A stretch of DNA of 64,000 bases from Acidobacteriota bacterium (lineage in GTDB: Bacteria > Acidobacteriota > UBA6911 > RPQK01 > JAJDTT01), in NCBI GenBank assembly GCA_965209055.1, contig OZ242374.1, forward strand, positions 338,713-402,712. Direction: 5' to 3'. Shown one piece after another: positions 1-9,416 of the stretch; the first letter of the stretch is position 1; each line of letters begins with the position of its first letter. The notes under the pieces were generated by a model, which was not told the DNA's origin, ran no database searches, and was given only the letters and a program-made list of their open reading frames with translations. Made by a program: the position numbers and the translations under genes.

Positions 1-388
1 CGCACCGGAGAGAGACCCCATGAAGTGTCGGTATCCGGTTCTGGTTCTGGCTGGTTTGGCGGTAGTGACCGGGCACTACCAACAATGACCCCTTTACCGG
101 GCCGGGAGACAATGCCGTGCAGAATCTGATCGCCTTTCAGGATCTTCCGTTCGTACCGTGATCCAGGTGTCGTATTCCGCGGTCTCGGGCATCAATGTTA
201 CGCTGGCCGGTGTTTTCCAGCAGCCAGGAAGCCGCCTTACGCTTGATGTCTCGCCAGAATCAATCGACGAACTTGGGGTAGAATTGGTCTTGGAGGCGTT
301 CCGCGAGGTGCGAACGGACACCGCGCCTAGCCAAGCCTCTTGCGGACACTCGCAGTTCAACTGATTGTCCGGCATCCAAGGGAGGATC

Positions 389-3001
389 ATGGCACCGCGC
401 GGCAGCAAGGCGAGGCGGAACATCGAGACTTACGCGCACTCCGATAAGGAACGTGTCAACAACCCGCCGGTCGGATTGGTGACACCGGAGACAGATAGAG
501 ACGCTGGCGGTCAGCCCTACGCCCACGACCCGCATCTCGACCCTCAACTCTCCTGGGCCGGCAAGGCGGAGCACACATCCTTCGACGTACCGACGGTCTC
601 ACTGCATGTGCACGAGCGGATCGACCCGCGTACGATTATCGAAGCGGTACGCAAGCCGAACGGCACCAAACGGCAGATGTCGCTGTTCGCTTCACCAAGT
701 GAGAACCCGCCGCTCCGCCAAGCTATCGAGTTCTACAGGCACCGCCACAACTGGACCAACCGGCTGATCGCCGGTGACAGCCTTCTGGTCATGAACAGCA
801 TGATCGAGAAGGAGGGCTTGGGAGGACACGTCCAGATGGTCTACATCGACCCGCCTTACGGAATCCGCTACGGCTCCAACTTCCAGCCTTTCGTGAACCG
901 GCGCGACGTGAGGGACGGCCGAGATGAGGATCTTACCCATGAGCCGGAGACGATCCGTGCTTTCCGAGATACTTGGGAGCTTGGCATCCACTCCTATCTC
1001 TCGCATCTGCGGGATCGTTTGTTGCTGGCGCGTGAACTACTCCATGAAACCGGAAGCTGCTTCGTACAGATCGGCGATGAGAACGTACACCACGTCCGGG
1101 AGGTGCTGGACGAGGTATTTGGGACGCACAATTATGTTACGCAGATCTATTTTTCGACCACAGGTGGGTTCGCTTCGTCAACGCTGAGCAGGGTCGGCGA
1201 TTACCTTGTTTGGTATGCACGCGATCGATCCCGCATCAAGTGTCATCAGCTCTTCCAGGGCAAGCCGGGAATGGATACCGGAGATGCCGCCTATAAGAAT
1301 CTCGAACTGGCGGACGGATCCCGAAGGTCTATGTCACGGGAGGAGCGCAACGGTCGTGAGCCGATTCCCGACGGCGCCCGAATCTTCACCTATGACAATC
1401 TCCAGGGTTCAGGTTCGGCGAGCATTGACACGCCCTTTGAGTTCAACGGTGAAATATTCCGGCCCAATAGAAACAACCACTGGAAGGCGGCTTGGCCGGA
1501 CGGAATGGCGCGGCTCAGGGCCGCCCGCCGCATCGGTCGTGTTGGGAATACGCTCCGGTACATTCGGTATATGGAGGACAATCCGGTAAACCCGCTGACA
1601 AATTCGTGGATGGATACGTCGTTTGCGGGGTTTGCGACGAACAAAAAGTACGTTGTAGAAACCAACCCCAAGGTTGTCCAGCGCTGTATCTTGATGACCA
1701 CGGATCCCGGCGATCTGGTCTTCGATCCGACCTGCGGTAGCGGAACCAGTGCGTACGTTGCCGAGCAATGGGGGCGGCGCTGGATCACCTGCGACACGTC
1801 TCGAGTGGCAACCGCCTTGGCCAAACAGCGTCTGATGACCGCCAAGTTCGACTACTACGATCTTGCGCAAGCGGATGAAGGAGTTGGCAGCGGCTTCAAA
1901 TATAAAACCGTGCCTCATGTGACCCTCGGCTCCATCGCCAACAACCCGGACATCAGCGAGGGTATGACACGGGAGCAGATCGGTCACGCCATCACGCGGC
2001 ATGCGTCGCAGAAGACACTTTACGATCAGCCTGCTACCGACCGTACCAAAGCTCGCGTGACAGGCCCGTTCACGGTCGAAGCGGTCCCCGCCCCGTCTGT
2101 GCTCCCACTCGACGACATTTCCGAGGGTGAGGTGTTGCCCGCCGACGCCTCGGTGGCGCGCACGGGGCCGACGATTCGACAAGGCGACTGGCGCGACGAA
2201 CTTCTGAAGACCGGCATTCGCGGCAAGGCTGGCCAACACGTCTCGTTCGTGCGGCTGGAGCCGTTGCCTGGCGCAAAATGGCTTCACGCCGAGGGCGAGA
2301 CGAGGCTCGACGAAGCTCCGGGACAAGGTGCTCCAGACACCGCGCCTAGCTCTCGCGTAGTCGTATCGTTCGGGCCGGATCACGCACCGATGGAGCAACG
2401 TCAAGTGGCGCTCGCGATCGAGGAATCGCATCGCTTGGTTCCGAAGCCGGCGGTCATCGTCTTCGCGGCATTTCAGTTCGACCCCGAGACGTCGAAGGAC
2501 ATCGACGAGACAAACTGGCCCGGCGTCACGTTGCTCAAGGCGCAGATGAACGCCGACCTACTGACCGATGACCTCAAGAAGAAACGGGCGAGTAACGAGA
2601 GCTTCTGGCTCATTGGCCAACCGGACGTGGCGCTGGAGCACATTCCGGAAGGGGAGGACGAAGGCAGATTCCAGGTCTCGGTCCGAGGATTCGACTACTA
2701 CAACACAAAGACCGGCAATGTGGAGTCCGGCGGAGCCGACCGGATCGCACTCTGGATGCTTGACCCTGACTACGACGGGCGTAGCCTGTTCCCGCACCAA
2801 GTGTTTTTCCCGATGGCCAGCGCCAAGGATGGCTGGGCTAAGCTGGCCCGGAGCCTCAAAGCCGAGATCGACGCGACACTGATGACATCCTACCATGGGA
2901 CCGTCTCCCTCCCCTTCAAGTCTGGCAAGCAGGGGCGCGTAGCGGTCAAGATCGTGGACGACCGAGGTGTCGAGAGCCTCAAGATCGTGGAATTGGAGTA
3001 G
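389..3001 (+). CDS. mod: Type III restriction-modification DNA methyltransferase (Mod; beta-class N6-adenine/N4-cytosine MTase)
   Basis: Motif IV DPPYGIRYG lies in the N-terminal part and motif I FDPTCGSGTSAYVAEQ lies downstream. This IV-TRD-I order is typical of type III Mod. ATG 389 is preceded by the SD GGGAGGA; the ORF-track start at 365 is a TTG. The gene is co-directional with a ResIII helicase-nuclease. Confidence 0.85.
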   Translation: MAPRGSKARRNIETYAHSDKERVNNPPVGLVTPETDRDAGGQPYAHDPHLDPQLSWAGKAEHTSFDVPTVSLHVHERIDPRTIIEAVRKPNGTKRQMSLFASPSENPPLRQAIEFYRHRHNWTNRLIAGDSLLVMNSMIEKEGLGGHVQMVYIDPPYGIRYGSNFQPFVNRRDVRDGRDEDLTHEPETIRAFRDTWELGIHSYLSHLRDRLLLARELLHETGSCFVQIGDENVHHVREVLDEVFGTHNYVTQIYFSTTGGFASSTLSRVGDYLVWYARDRSRIKCHQLFQGKPGMDTGDAAYKNLELADGSRRSMSREERNGREPIPDGARIFTYDNLQGSGSASIDTPFEFNGEIFRPNRNNHWKAAWPDGMARLRAARRIGRVGNTLRYIRYMEDNPVNPLTNSWMDTSFAGFATNKKYVVETNPKVVQRCILMTTDPGDLVFDPTCGSGTSAYVAEQWGRRWITCDTSRVATALAKQRLMTAKFDYYDLAQADEGVGSGFKYKTVPHVTLGSIANNPDISEGMTREQIGHAITRHASQKTLYDQPATDRTKARVTGPFTVEAVPAPSVLPLDDISEGEVLPADASVARTGPTIRQGDWRDELLKTGIRGKAGQHVSFVRLEPLPGAKWLHAEGETRLDEAPGQGAPDTAPSSRVVVSFGPDHAPMEQRQVALAIEESHRLVPKPAVIVFAAFQFDPETSKDIDETNWPGVTLLKAQMNADLLTDDLKKKRASNESFWLIGQPDVALEHIPEGEDEGRFQVSVRGFDYYNTKTGNVESGGADRIALWMLDPDYDGRSLFPHQVFFPMASAKDGWAKLARSLKAEIDATLMTSYHGTVSLPFKSGKQGRVAVKIVDDRGVESLKIVELE

Positions 3002-3366
3002 TGGAGGCTTCAGTGCGCCCGGGGACCATGACTGCCAAAGACCAAGAGCGGCTGGCTTCCCGTATCGGCCTATCCATGAATGCCATCGCCGCGTTTTGCG
3101 ACCGCTGGCAAGTGGAGGAACTTTCACTATTCGGTTCCGTGCTGCGCGATGATTTTGGGTGTGACAGCGACATCGACATACTGATCCGTTTCAAGACTCA
3201 TCGTGCTCCGGGGCTGTTTGGGATTGCCGGAATGGAGCGGGAGCTGGCTGAATTGCTCGACCGCAGGGTCGATTTGGTGAACCGCGCCGCCATCGAGGAG
3301 AGTCGAAACTACATTCGTCGAAAGGCGATCCTGGAATCCGCGCAGGTTGTCTATGCCGCGCGATGA
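3001..3366 (+). CDS. mntA: Minimal nucleotidyltransferase antitoxin (MNT/MntA family)
   Basis: LFGSVLRDDFGCDSDIDILI matches the GS-x(n)-DxD NTase motif, and the protein is about 120 aa. The GTG start shares one base with the mod stop (TAGTG at 2999-3003). An alternative ATG lies at 3028. Confidence 0.8.
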   Translation: MEASVRPGTMTAKDQERLASRIGLSMNAIAAFCDRWQVEELSLFGSVLRDDFGCDSDIDILIRFKTHRAPGLFGIAGMERELAELLDRRVDLVNRAAIEESRNYIRRKAILESAQVVYAAR

Positions 3367-3697
3367 CTCAGCGTATCTGCTGGACATGCTGCTTGCCGCG
3401 CGCGACGCGGTGTCCTTCACAGTAGGCATTTCGTACGACGAATTCGTACGAGACCGGCGGACCCAACTCTCTGTTCTGAAGTCGGTGGAGATCGTGGGCG
3501 AGGCGGCCGCACATGTGAGCGATGAAGCGAAGCGGGCGCACCCGGCCATCCCCTGGCGGGAGATCGTGGGCATCCGCAACCGTCTCGTACACGTCTACTT
3601 CGACATAGACCTGCTACTCGTCTGGAATACGGTTCGTAATGACCTCCCGGTTCTGATTGGGCAATTAGAGCCCCTAGTACCACCGGAGGCCGGATAG
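3353..3697 (+). CDS. hepT: HepT (DUF86, HEPN-fold) RNase toxin
   Basis: RNRLVHVY matches the Rx4HxY HEPN motif, and the protein is about 114 aa. It overlaps mntA by 14 nt, the classic MNT-upstream, HepT-downstream layout. Confidence 0.8.
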   Translation: MPRDDSAYLLDMLLAARDAVSFTVGISYDEFVRDRRTQLSVLKSVEIVGEAAAHVSDEAKRAHPAIPWREIVGIRNRLVHVYFDIDLLLVWNTVRNDLPVLIGQLEPLVPPEAG

Positions 3698-6507
3698 TGC
3701 CACGCTCTACCATCGACCGGCTGATCGTCAATTCTCCCTACGAGGAACCGGCACAGCATTGGAGCTACGATCGGACTACGCGCCTGTTCGATCTTGCAGA
3801 TGGTCGCAGACCCGCAGGATATGTGGTGGCATCGGGAGAGTCCCGGGCGTTCGACGATCCCGGCGCGTTTCGTGAAATTCCTCTGGTCAACCGAATCCGA
3901 GAGCGGGTCAAGGCGTGGCGTGCCGCTAGCTACCCCGGCGTGACAGGGATCACGAAGCGTCTTTTGGAGTACTGGCAGGATCCCGAAGAGTTCGAGAGCC
4001 GCCGGTTTTTCTTCTGCCAGCTTGAGGCGGTCGAAACGCTCATCTGGCTCACCGAAGCGCCGTCGGCCGAACGGGTGGGTATCGATATCCCGTCCGACAG
4101 CGGCGCGTTCACGCGGCTCTGCGCCAAGATGGCGACCGGCTCCGGCAAGACCGTCGTCATGGCCATGGTCATCGCCTGGCATGTCCTCAACAAGGTGACA
4201 AACCCCCGAGATACCCGGTTCGCCCAGAATGTCCTTGTGGTCGCCCCCGGCCTTACGGTGCGGAGCCGACTGGCCGTTCTCGGACCGTCTCATGCCGAGA
4301 ACTATTACGAGGCCTTCCGCGTCGTGCCTCCGGCACTGTTCGACAAGCTGCGCCGGGGCAAGGTCGTAATCCGCAACTGGCACGCGCTCAACTGGGAGAC
4401 GGACGAGCGGATCGCCCGCAAGCGTAGCGTCGACAAGCGTGGCGCTAAGAGCGACGAAGCCTATGTCCGTGACGTGCTCGGGGACATGGCGAGCGCGAGG
4501 AACATTCTGGTGGTCAACGACGAGGCGCATCATGCATGGCGAGTGCCAGCCGGAGCCAAGATCAAGGGCGTCGCCAAGGGCACCGTCGAGGAAGCGACCA
4601 AATGGGTTGGCGGGTTGGACCGCATCCACCGGGCGCGGGGTATCCTCGTCTGCTACGACTTCTCCGCGACACCCTTCGTGCCATCGGGCAAGCGGAGTTC
4701 CGAAGAAGCGCTGTTCGGCTGGATCGTGAGCGATTTTGGCTTGAACGACGCCATCGAGTCCGGCTTGGTGAAGACGCCCCGGGTCGTGATTCGCGACGAT
4801 GCGGTGCCCGACGCCAAGACCTACAAGTCCCGCCTCTACCACATCTACAACGACTCTGAGGTCAGGGATGACCTTAACCGGCCGGCCAAGCCGGCGGAAC
4901 CATTGCCGGACCTAGTGACGAACGGATACTACCTGCTCGGATACGACTGGCGCGAAACCGCCAGGGAATGGGCGGCGCGTGGAAATGCTACGCCTCCCGT
5001 GATGATCACAGTTGCTAACCGCACCCAGACAGCGGCCCGGATCAAACATGCGTTCGACCGCAAGCGGGTTCACATCGACGAACTCTGCGACCCCGAGCGG
5101 ACGCTACATATCGACTCGAAGGTGCTCGCGACGGCAGAAGCCGCCGAGGAGCCGATCGCCAAGGTTGCAGCCGAAGGTAGCCGAGACCACCCCGATAAGG
5201 TCCGAGTACGCAAATTGACGAAAAAGCAGCAGGCTGAACTGTTGCGTCAGCAGGTGGATACGGTGGGTCGGCTTGGACACGCAGGAGAACGGATTCAGAA
5301 CGTAATTTCGGTCGGAATGCTCTCGGAGGGCTGGGATGCGAAGACTGTCACCCACATCATGGGCCTCCGCGCCTTCACGAGTCAGCTTCTCTGTGAGCAG
5401 GTGGTGGGACGTGGACTGCGCCGCACGTCCTACGACGTGAACCCGAAAACCAGGCTTTTCGAGCCGGAATACGTCAACGTCTTCGGCGTACCCTTCACCT
5501 TCCTGCCGCACGAGGGCGGCGGGGATGGCCCACCCCCGCCGCCGAAACCCAAGACCGCTATTGAACCCGTGAGGGACAGACAACAGCTTTTCGAGATTTC
5601 ATGGCCCAATGTCGTGCGTATCAATCACACCTACCGGCCGCGTCTGTCGCTCGATTGGGACCGGATAATGCCCCTCGTGCTCGATGCCGCCCGAACCGCA
5701 CAGCTCGCCGAGCTGGCGCCCACGATCGACGGCAAGCCGGACACCACGAAGATTGATTCCATAGACCTCCAAGACCTCGCCCTCGAATTCCGCACCCAGC
5801 GCATCATCTTCGAGACTGCGCGGGACGTGTACGACCAGATTCGGGAAAACTGGCCGGGCGAACGGACATTCCTGCTCGCGCAACTTGTGCGGCTCGTCGA
5901 ACAGTTCATCCGGTCCGACAAGATCGCAATTATCCCCCCACTATTCCAAGTCGACGAGCTCAAGCGCCGCCTCGTCGTCACGCTAAACATGACCAAGGTG
6001 GTACAACACATCTGGGAAGCGATCCGCCACGAGAACACGGAGAGGCTAGAGCCGGTCTTCGACCGGGATCAGCCGATCCGCGCCACTGGAGACATGCGCA
6101 CATGGTATACGGGTAAGCCTTGCGAACCCACGGCCCACAGCCACATCAACTTCTGCGTCTTCGACAGCGCGTGGGAAGCGTCCGAGGCTTTCGTGCTTGA
6201 CAACGCCCCCGAGGTGGCCACGTGGGTTAAGAACGACCATCTTGGCTTCGAAGTGTTGTACGTCCATCGAGGCGTAGTGCGGAAATACCGTCCCGACTTC
6301 CTTATCCGTCTCACGTCGGGCGACATGCTGGTGTTAGAGACCAAGGGCCGAGACACCGACCGCGAACGGACCAAGCGCATGTTCCTCGCCGAATGGGTCG
6401 AAGCCGTAAATCAGCATGGCGGGTTTGGACGCTGGGCTTGGGATGTCTCGACGACACCTGGCGACATCTACGGCATCCTCGAACGCCACTTGCGCGGCGC
6501 TGCCTGA
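3697..6507 (+). CDS. res: Type III restriction enzyme Res subunit (SF2 helicase + C-terminal nuclease)
   Basis: Walker A KMATGSGKT, DEAH box VVNDEAHHAW, and helicase motif VI-like QVVGRGLRR. A C-terminal PD-(D/E)xK-like element reads YRPDFLIRLTSGDMLVLETKG. The GTG start overlaps the hepT stop (TAGTG at 3695-3699), with GGAGG about 10 nt upstream. Confidence 0.85.
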   Translation: MPRSTIDRLIVNSPYEEPAQHWSYDRTTRLFDLADGRRPAGYVVASGESRAFDDPGAFREIPLVNRIRERVKAWRAASYPGVTGITKRLLEYWQDPEEFESRRFFFCQLEAVETLIWLTEAPSAERVGIDIPSDSGAFTRLCAKMATGSGKTVVMAMVIAWHVLNKVTNPRDTRFAQNVLVVAPGLTVRSRLAVLGPSHAENYYEAFRVVPPALFDKLRRGKVVIRNWHALNWETDERIARKRSVDKRGAKSDEAYVRDVLGDMASARNILVVNDEAHHAWRVPAGAKIKGVAKGTVEEATKWVGGLDRIHRARGILVCYDFSATPFVPSGKRSSEEALFGWIVSDFGLNDAIESGLVKTPRVVIRDDAVPDAKTYKSRLYHIYNDSEVRDDLNRPAKPAEPLPDLVTNGYYLLGYDWRETAREWAARGNATPPVMITVANRTQTAARIKHAFDRKRVHIDELCDPERTLHIDSKVLATAEAAEEPIAKVAAEGSRDHPDKVRVRKLTKKQQAELLRQQVDTVGRLGHAGERIQNVISVGMLSEGWDAKTVTHIMGLRAFTSQLLCEQVVGRGLRRTSYDVNPKTRLFEPEYVNVFGVPFTFLPHEGGGDGPPPPPKPKTAIEPVRDRQQLFEISWPNVVRINHTYRPRLSLDWDRIMPLVLDAARTAQLAELAPTIDGKPDTTKIDSIDLQDLALEFRTQRIIFETARDVYDQIRENWPGERTFLLAQLVRLVEQFIRSDKIAIIPPLFQVDELKRRLVVTLNMTKVVQHIWEAIRHENTERLEPVFDRDQPIRATGDMRTWYTGKPCEPTAHSHINFCVFDSAWEASEAFVLDNAPEVATWVKNDHLGFEVLYVHRGVVRKYRPDFLIRLTSGDMLVLETKGRDTDRERTKRMFLAEWVEAVNQHGGFGRWAWDVSTTPGDIYGILERHLRGAA

Positions 6508-6693
6508 CCTGTACGAGTAGCCGGGCATGAGCCAAGGACGGACCGCGACTCACAAAGCTCGTCGCTCGCGACCCTACAAGGGGTTGTCGACGTTACTTGG
6601 TCGATTGCCGGATCCGAAGGCCGTCGGCATCTCGCGGTAGGCAGATCGCAAGGGACCGCGCACCCCAACTGTGCCGCCGCTGAAGGAGGAACG

Positions 6694-7269
6694 ATGATCT
6701 ACCCGAAAGAAACGCTCACCCTAAAATTGTCAATGCCCCAGGAAGCCTGGGACCATTGGAAGTGCGGCCTGGGTAGGACACCGGTAGGAGCCGTTGTCCG
6801 AGAAGGGATTGAAGAGGTCCGGACACACCCCAAGGCACTCGCGAAACTAAAGCACCAATGCAAACATGTACGCGAATCTTCGGCGGCCTTTTCGAAAGAT
6901 CTGCCAGAACCATCGGAGGCGGTCGTCATTGAGATTCAACTGCCCGGTGCTGACTGGATCGAGGTCTGTCAGCTGATCGGGGAACTAGACACAGCCTTAC
7001 ACGACGGGCCGGTCAGCGACCAAGAACTACTCGCGGCGGTGATACTCGAGAGCGGAAGCTGGAAACAAACCGCAAAGGCCGAGTTTCGAGCTGGGTGGTG
7101 TACAAACCAACTGATTTCCTCTTCCACTAGCGGTCTGCTGAGATTCCACCTGGGAAAGCGGGGAAAGTTCGTAGCAGCAGTAGCAGCAGGAGCCACCGTG
7201 GTGATCGCAGCGACCACTGTTGCTCAAGCCGTGGCCTTATTTTGGGGGCTGTACTGCGAGTGCGGATAG
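6694..7269 (+). CDS. Hypothetical tail-anchored membrane protein (no family recognised)
   Basis: Strong SD GAAGGAGGA directly upstream of ATG 6694. A single C-terminal hydrophobic helix (FVAAVAAGATVVIAATTVAQAVALFWGLY) is followed by CECG. The N-terminus (LTLKLSMPQEAWDHW...VGAVVREGIEEV) has a strand-helix-helix look, which is only a weak RHH-like guess. Confidence 0.55.
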   Translation: MIYPKETLTLKLSMPQEAWDHWKCGLGRTPVGAVVREGIEEVRTHPKALAKLKHQCKHVRESSAAFSKDLPEPSEAVVIEIQLPGADWIEVCQLIGELDTALHDGPVSDQELLAAVILESGSWKQTAKAEFRAGWCTNQLISSSTSGLLRFHLGKRGKFVAAVAAGATVVIAATTVAQAVALFWGLYCECG

Positions 7270-7420
7270 GGCGTGGTGATGACGACTGAACCGGCACGAG
7301 ATCGACTGGGGGCAGAGGAGAGATGTCAATCTAACAACTCCTGACCATCATCGCTCCCTCTTCCGTTACGATCGCCACTGGACCTTCGTTACGCTCGACA
7401 GACGATGATGCAAGCCGATG

Positions 7421-8791
7421 TTACCCGCGCTTAAGTAAGAGATTCAGCTCACGTTGTACGACTACGTACGGAAGACGCCTAAGGCTGAACCGCTCGTAAA
7501 GTGGTGACAGCAGCTCGTGGACCACCTCGGCCAGATTGGCACTCAGGGTGTCCACACCAACATTCGTCGATAGCGAAACATCGTTGTCCCGGCAAATGCC
7601 CCCGGCCCAGACGGTGTCCCGCATCGGGTTTGCCCACGCGTACAGTCGCCTCCTGCGAAGTCCGGTATACCGGGCAACAAAGGAGACCGAATGGCCGCCT
7701 ATGCGATCGGCAAGATACGCAGCGTGCCGGAGTGCTTCTCCGACCCGCACAATCGGTAGCGTCGGGTCCACACAGGTGCCTGGTTGAATCCGAGCCTCCG
7801 CTGCCCGATCACCGTCCTCCTCGTAGCCTCGAAGCAAAAAGGCGAGTCCATCGGGTGTTATGCGCCAGAAGTCGGCGTGGGCAGCATCGTGAAGGCCTCG
7901 CTGAGGTGCGCTCGGATCGTCCCCGAGCCAGCACTCTAGGGCACCGTCGCGGGCGTAGGGTTCGATCTCCGGCCGCGTTGGCACCCACCACGGGGGCCAG
8001 CCTGTGAGACGCGGTGCATCGGCCAAAACATCCAGCAGGTCACGAAGTCCTCCGAAGAATCTTCCGCCGTCAACATGGTAGGCGAACGTAAAGAATCCGT
8101 GCGGACAACGTGCCGGGCTGTCGGGCGGGAGTCCGGCGATTCTGTTTCGCCAGATACCTTCAGACTCCGACACCCACCGATCCAGTCGGGATATTTCCGT
8201 CTGATTTCTTTCCGATGAAGGCCTGCCACTCAGCAGATCCCGGATGTGATCAAGCAGCTCATCTTGCCGCGCCCGCAAGCACCTTCCAAGTAGTTCGTCC
8301 CACTCGCGTCCATTGTCAGGTTGTGCGCTTTGCGGCCCCGGTCGGCGGATGTAGATTGTGTGTTGTCGAACTATCCGATCTTCCGGACCGTTGCGCTTCG
8401 CGCGGATGGGAACTCGGTGACCGCCCGGAACACCAATGATCGGGTGAGTGACGCCCGAGGTGGGATGTGGGACGTAATGCACCGAACAATGAAACGCAGG
8501 TTCTGCATAATTGTGAACGATCCCGTTCACCTTGTCCTGAGAGTAGGCGTCGAGAGTATCCGGTCGTCCATCGCCAGTCCTAAAACCGGCGTCCGTCTCT
8601 GTGAGTCCGATGATCACATGTCCCCCACCATGGTTCGCCAATGCAAGCAAGGCCTGGGCGAGTTTCGCTTTGTGTTCATTGTTCCCAGTGAGGTCCAGCC
8701 AGTTCTTGATCTCAATGTCGAGTGCTTCCTGCGGCTCGCGCAGTAGATCCGCAAGTCGATTGTGTTCTGGCGATGGCGACGTCACGCTCAT
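7421..8791 (-). CDS. AlbA_2 (divergent AAA / Schlafen-like) domain protein with unassigned C-terminal domain
   Basis: SD AAGGAGG upstream of the ATG at 8791. The N-terminal ~170 aa fit the AlbA_2 pattern (EALDIEIKNWLDL ... LALANHGGGHVIIGL). I do not recognise the remaining ~280 aa. Confidence 0.65.
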   Translation of the reverse strand: MSVTSPSPEHNRLADLLREPQEALDIEIKNWLDLTGNNEHKAKLAQALLALANHGGGHVIIGLTETDAGFRTGDGRPDTLDAYSQDKVNGIVHNYAEPAFHCSVHYVPHPTSGVTHPIIGVPGGHRVPIRAKRNGPEDRIVRQHTIYIRRPGPQSAQPDNGREWDELLGRCLRARQDELLDHIRDLLSGRPSSERNQTEISRLDRWVSESEGIWRNRIAGLPPDSPARCPHGFFTFAYHVDGGRFFGGLRDLLDVLADAPRLTGWPPWWVPTRPEIEPYARDGALECWLGDDPSAPQRGLHDAAHADFWRITPDGLAFLLRGYEEDGDRAAEARIQPGTCVDPTLPIVRVGEALRHAAYLADRIGGHSVSFVARYTGLRRRRLYAWANPMRDTVWAGGICRDNDVSLSTNVGVDTLSANLAEVVHELLSPLYERFSLRRLPYVVVQRELNLLLKRG

Positions 8792-9416
8792 CGAGCGAGC
8801 CTCCTTTGCAGGCGTTTCAGGTCTGTCCTGAAGCCAACCATAGCATCCCTGACACGCCCCGTCCCATCGCGAAACCGCCTGCGGCGTCGCAACGCCGTCC
8901 TTTTCATCGAGACGAGCCGCCCTTCATCGCTATCGACCTGACCCGATTATGGACTTTGCCAACAATATTTCGCGGTCCACGGGGAAGGAGCATTCCCCCG
9001 ATTCGCGGTGGCTCTCGGCCTCGGCCAGCAGATCTTCAGGACCGGGGCTTCGGGATTCCACAATAATTCTCCGAGAGAAGCTGTAGAGAGCGAGTCTCAG
9101 GGAGATAGAGGAGAGTGTCTGGGTCTTACCCTTGGGAAACAATTGCGGGATGTGGATCCGAGGCCGTCCTGCATTGATGACATGCGCGCGTCCCCAGTTC
9201 CACCATCAGCGTGGCGACCGTGGCCCAGTACCTGGACAAGGTCATCAGCACGATTCGCAAACTTGCCGATCTGAACATCATCCAAACCAGAGCCGACATG
9301 GATACTGCCGGCCGACATCGTCGCCCTGGAGGACCTGAACGCCGACGTCGATTCTCTGGAGCCGTGGTACGATTCGCCTCACGGCGAAGAACCCGGATCC
9401 AGAAAGGAGGAGATGC

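Noticed and set aside
1-388. A gene at the left edge. Candidates are a 22-codon lipoprotein-like ORF (20-88, MKCRYPVLVLAGLAVVTGHYQQ*) and the minus-strand ORFs 94-423 and 260-574.
   Set aside because: All are short or broken across frames with no motif. This is possibly degraded island DNA, and it is too weak to call.
3595-4842. A 415-aa ORF antisense to res.
   Set aside because: The res frame carries Walker A, DEAH and motif VI. The antisense translation is low-complexity.
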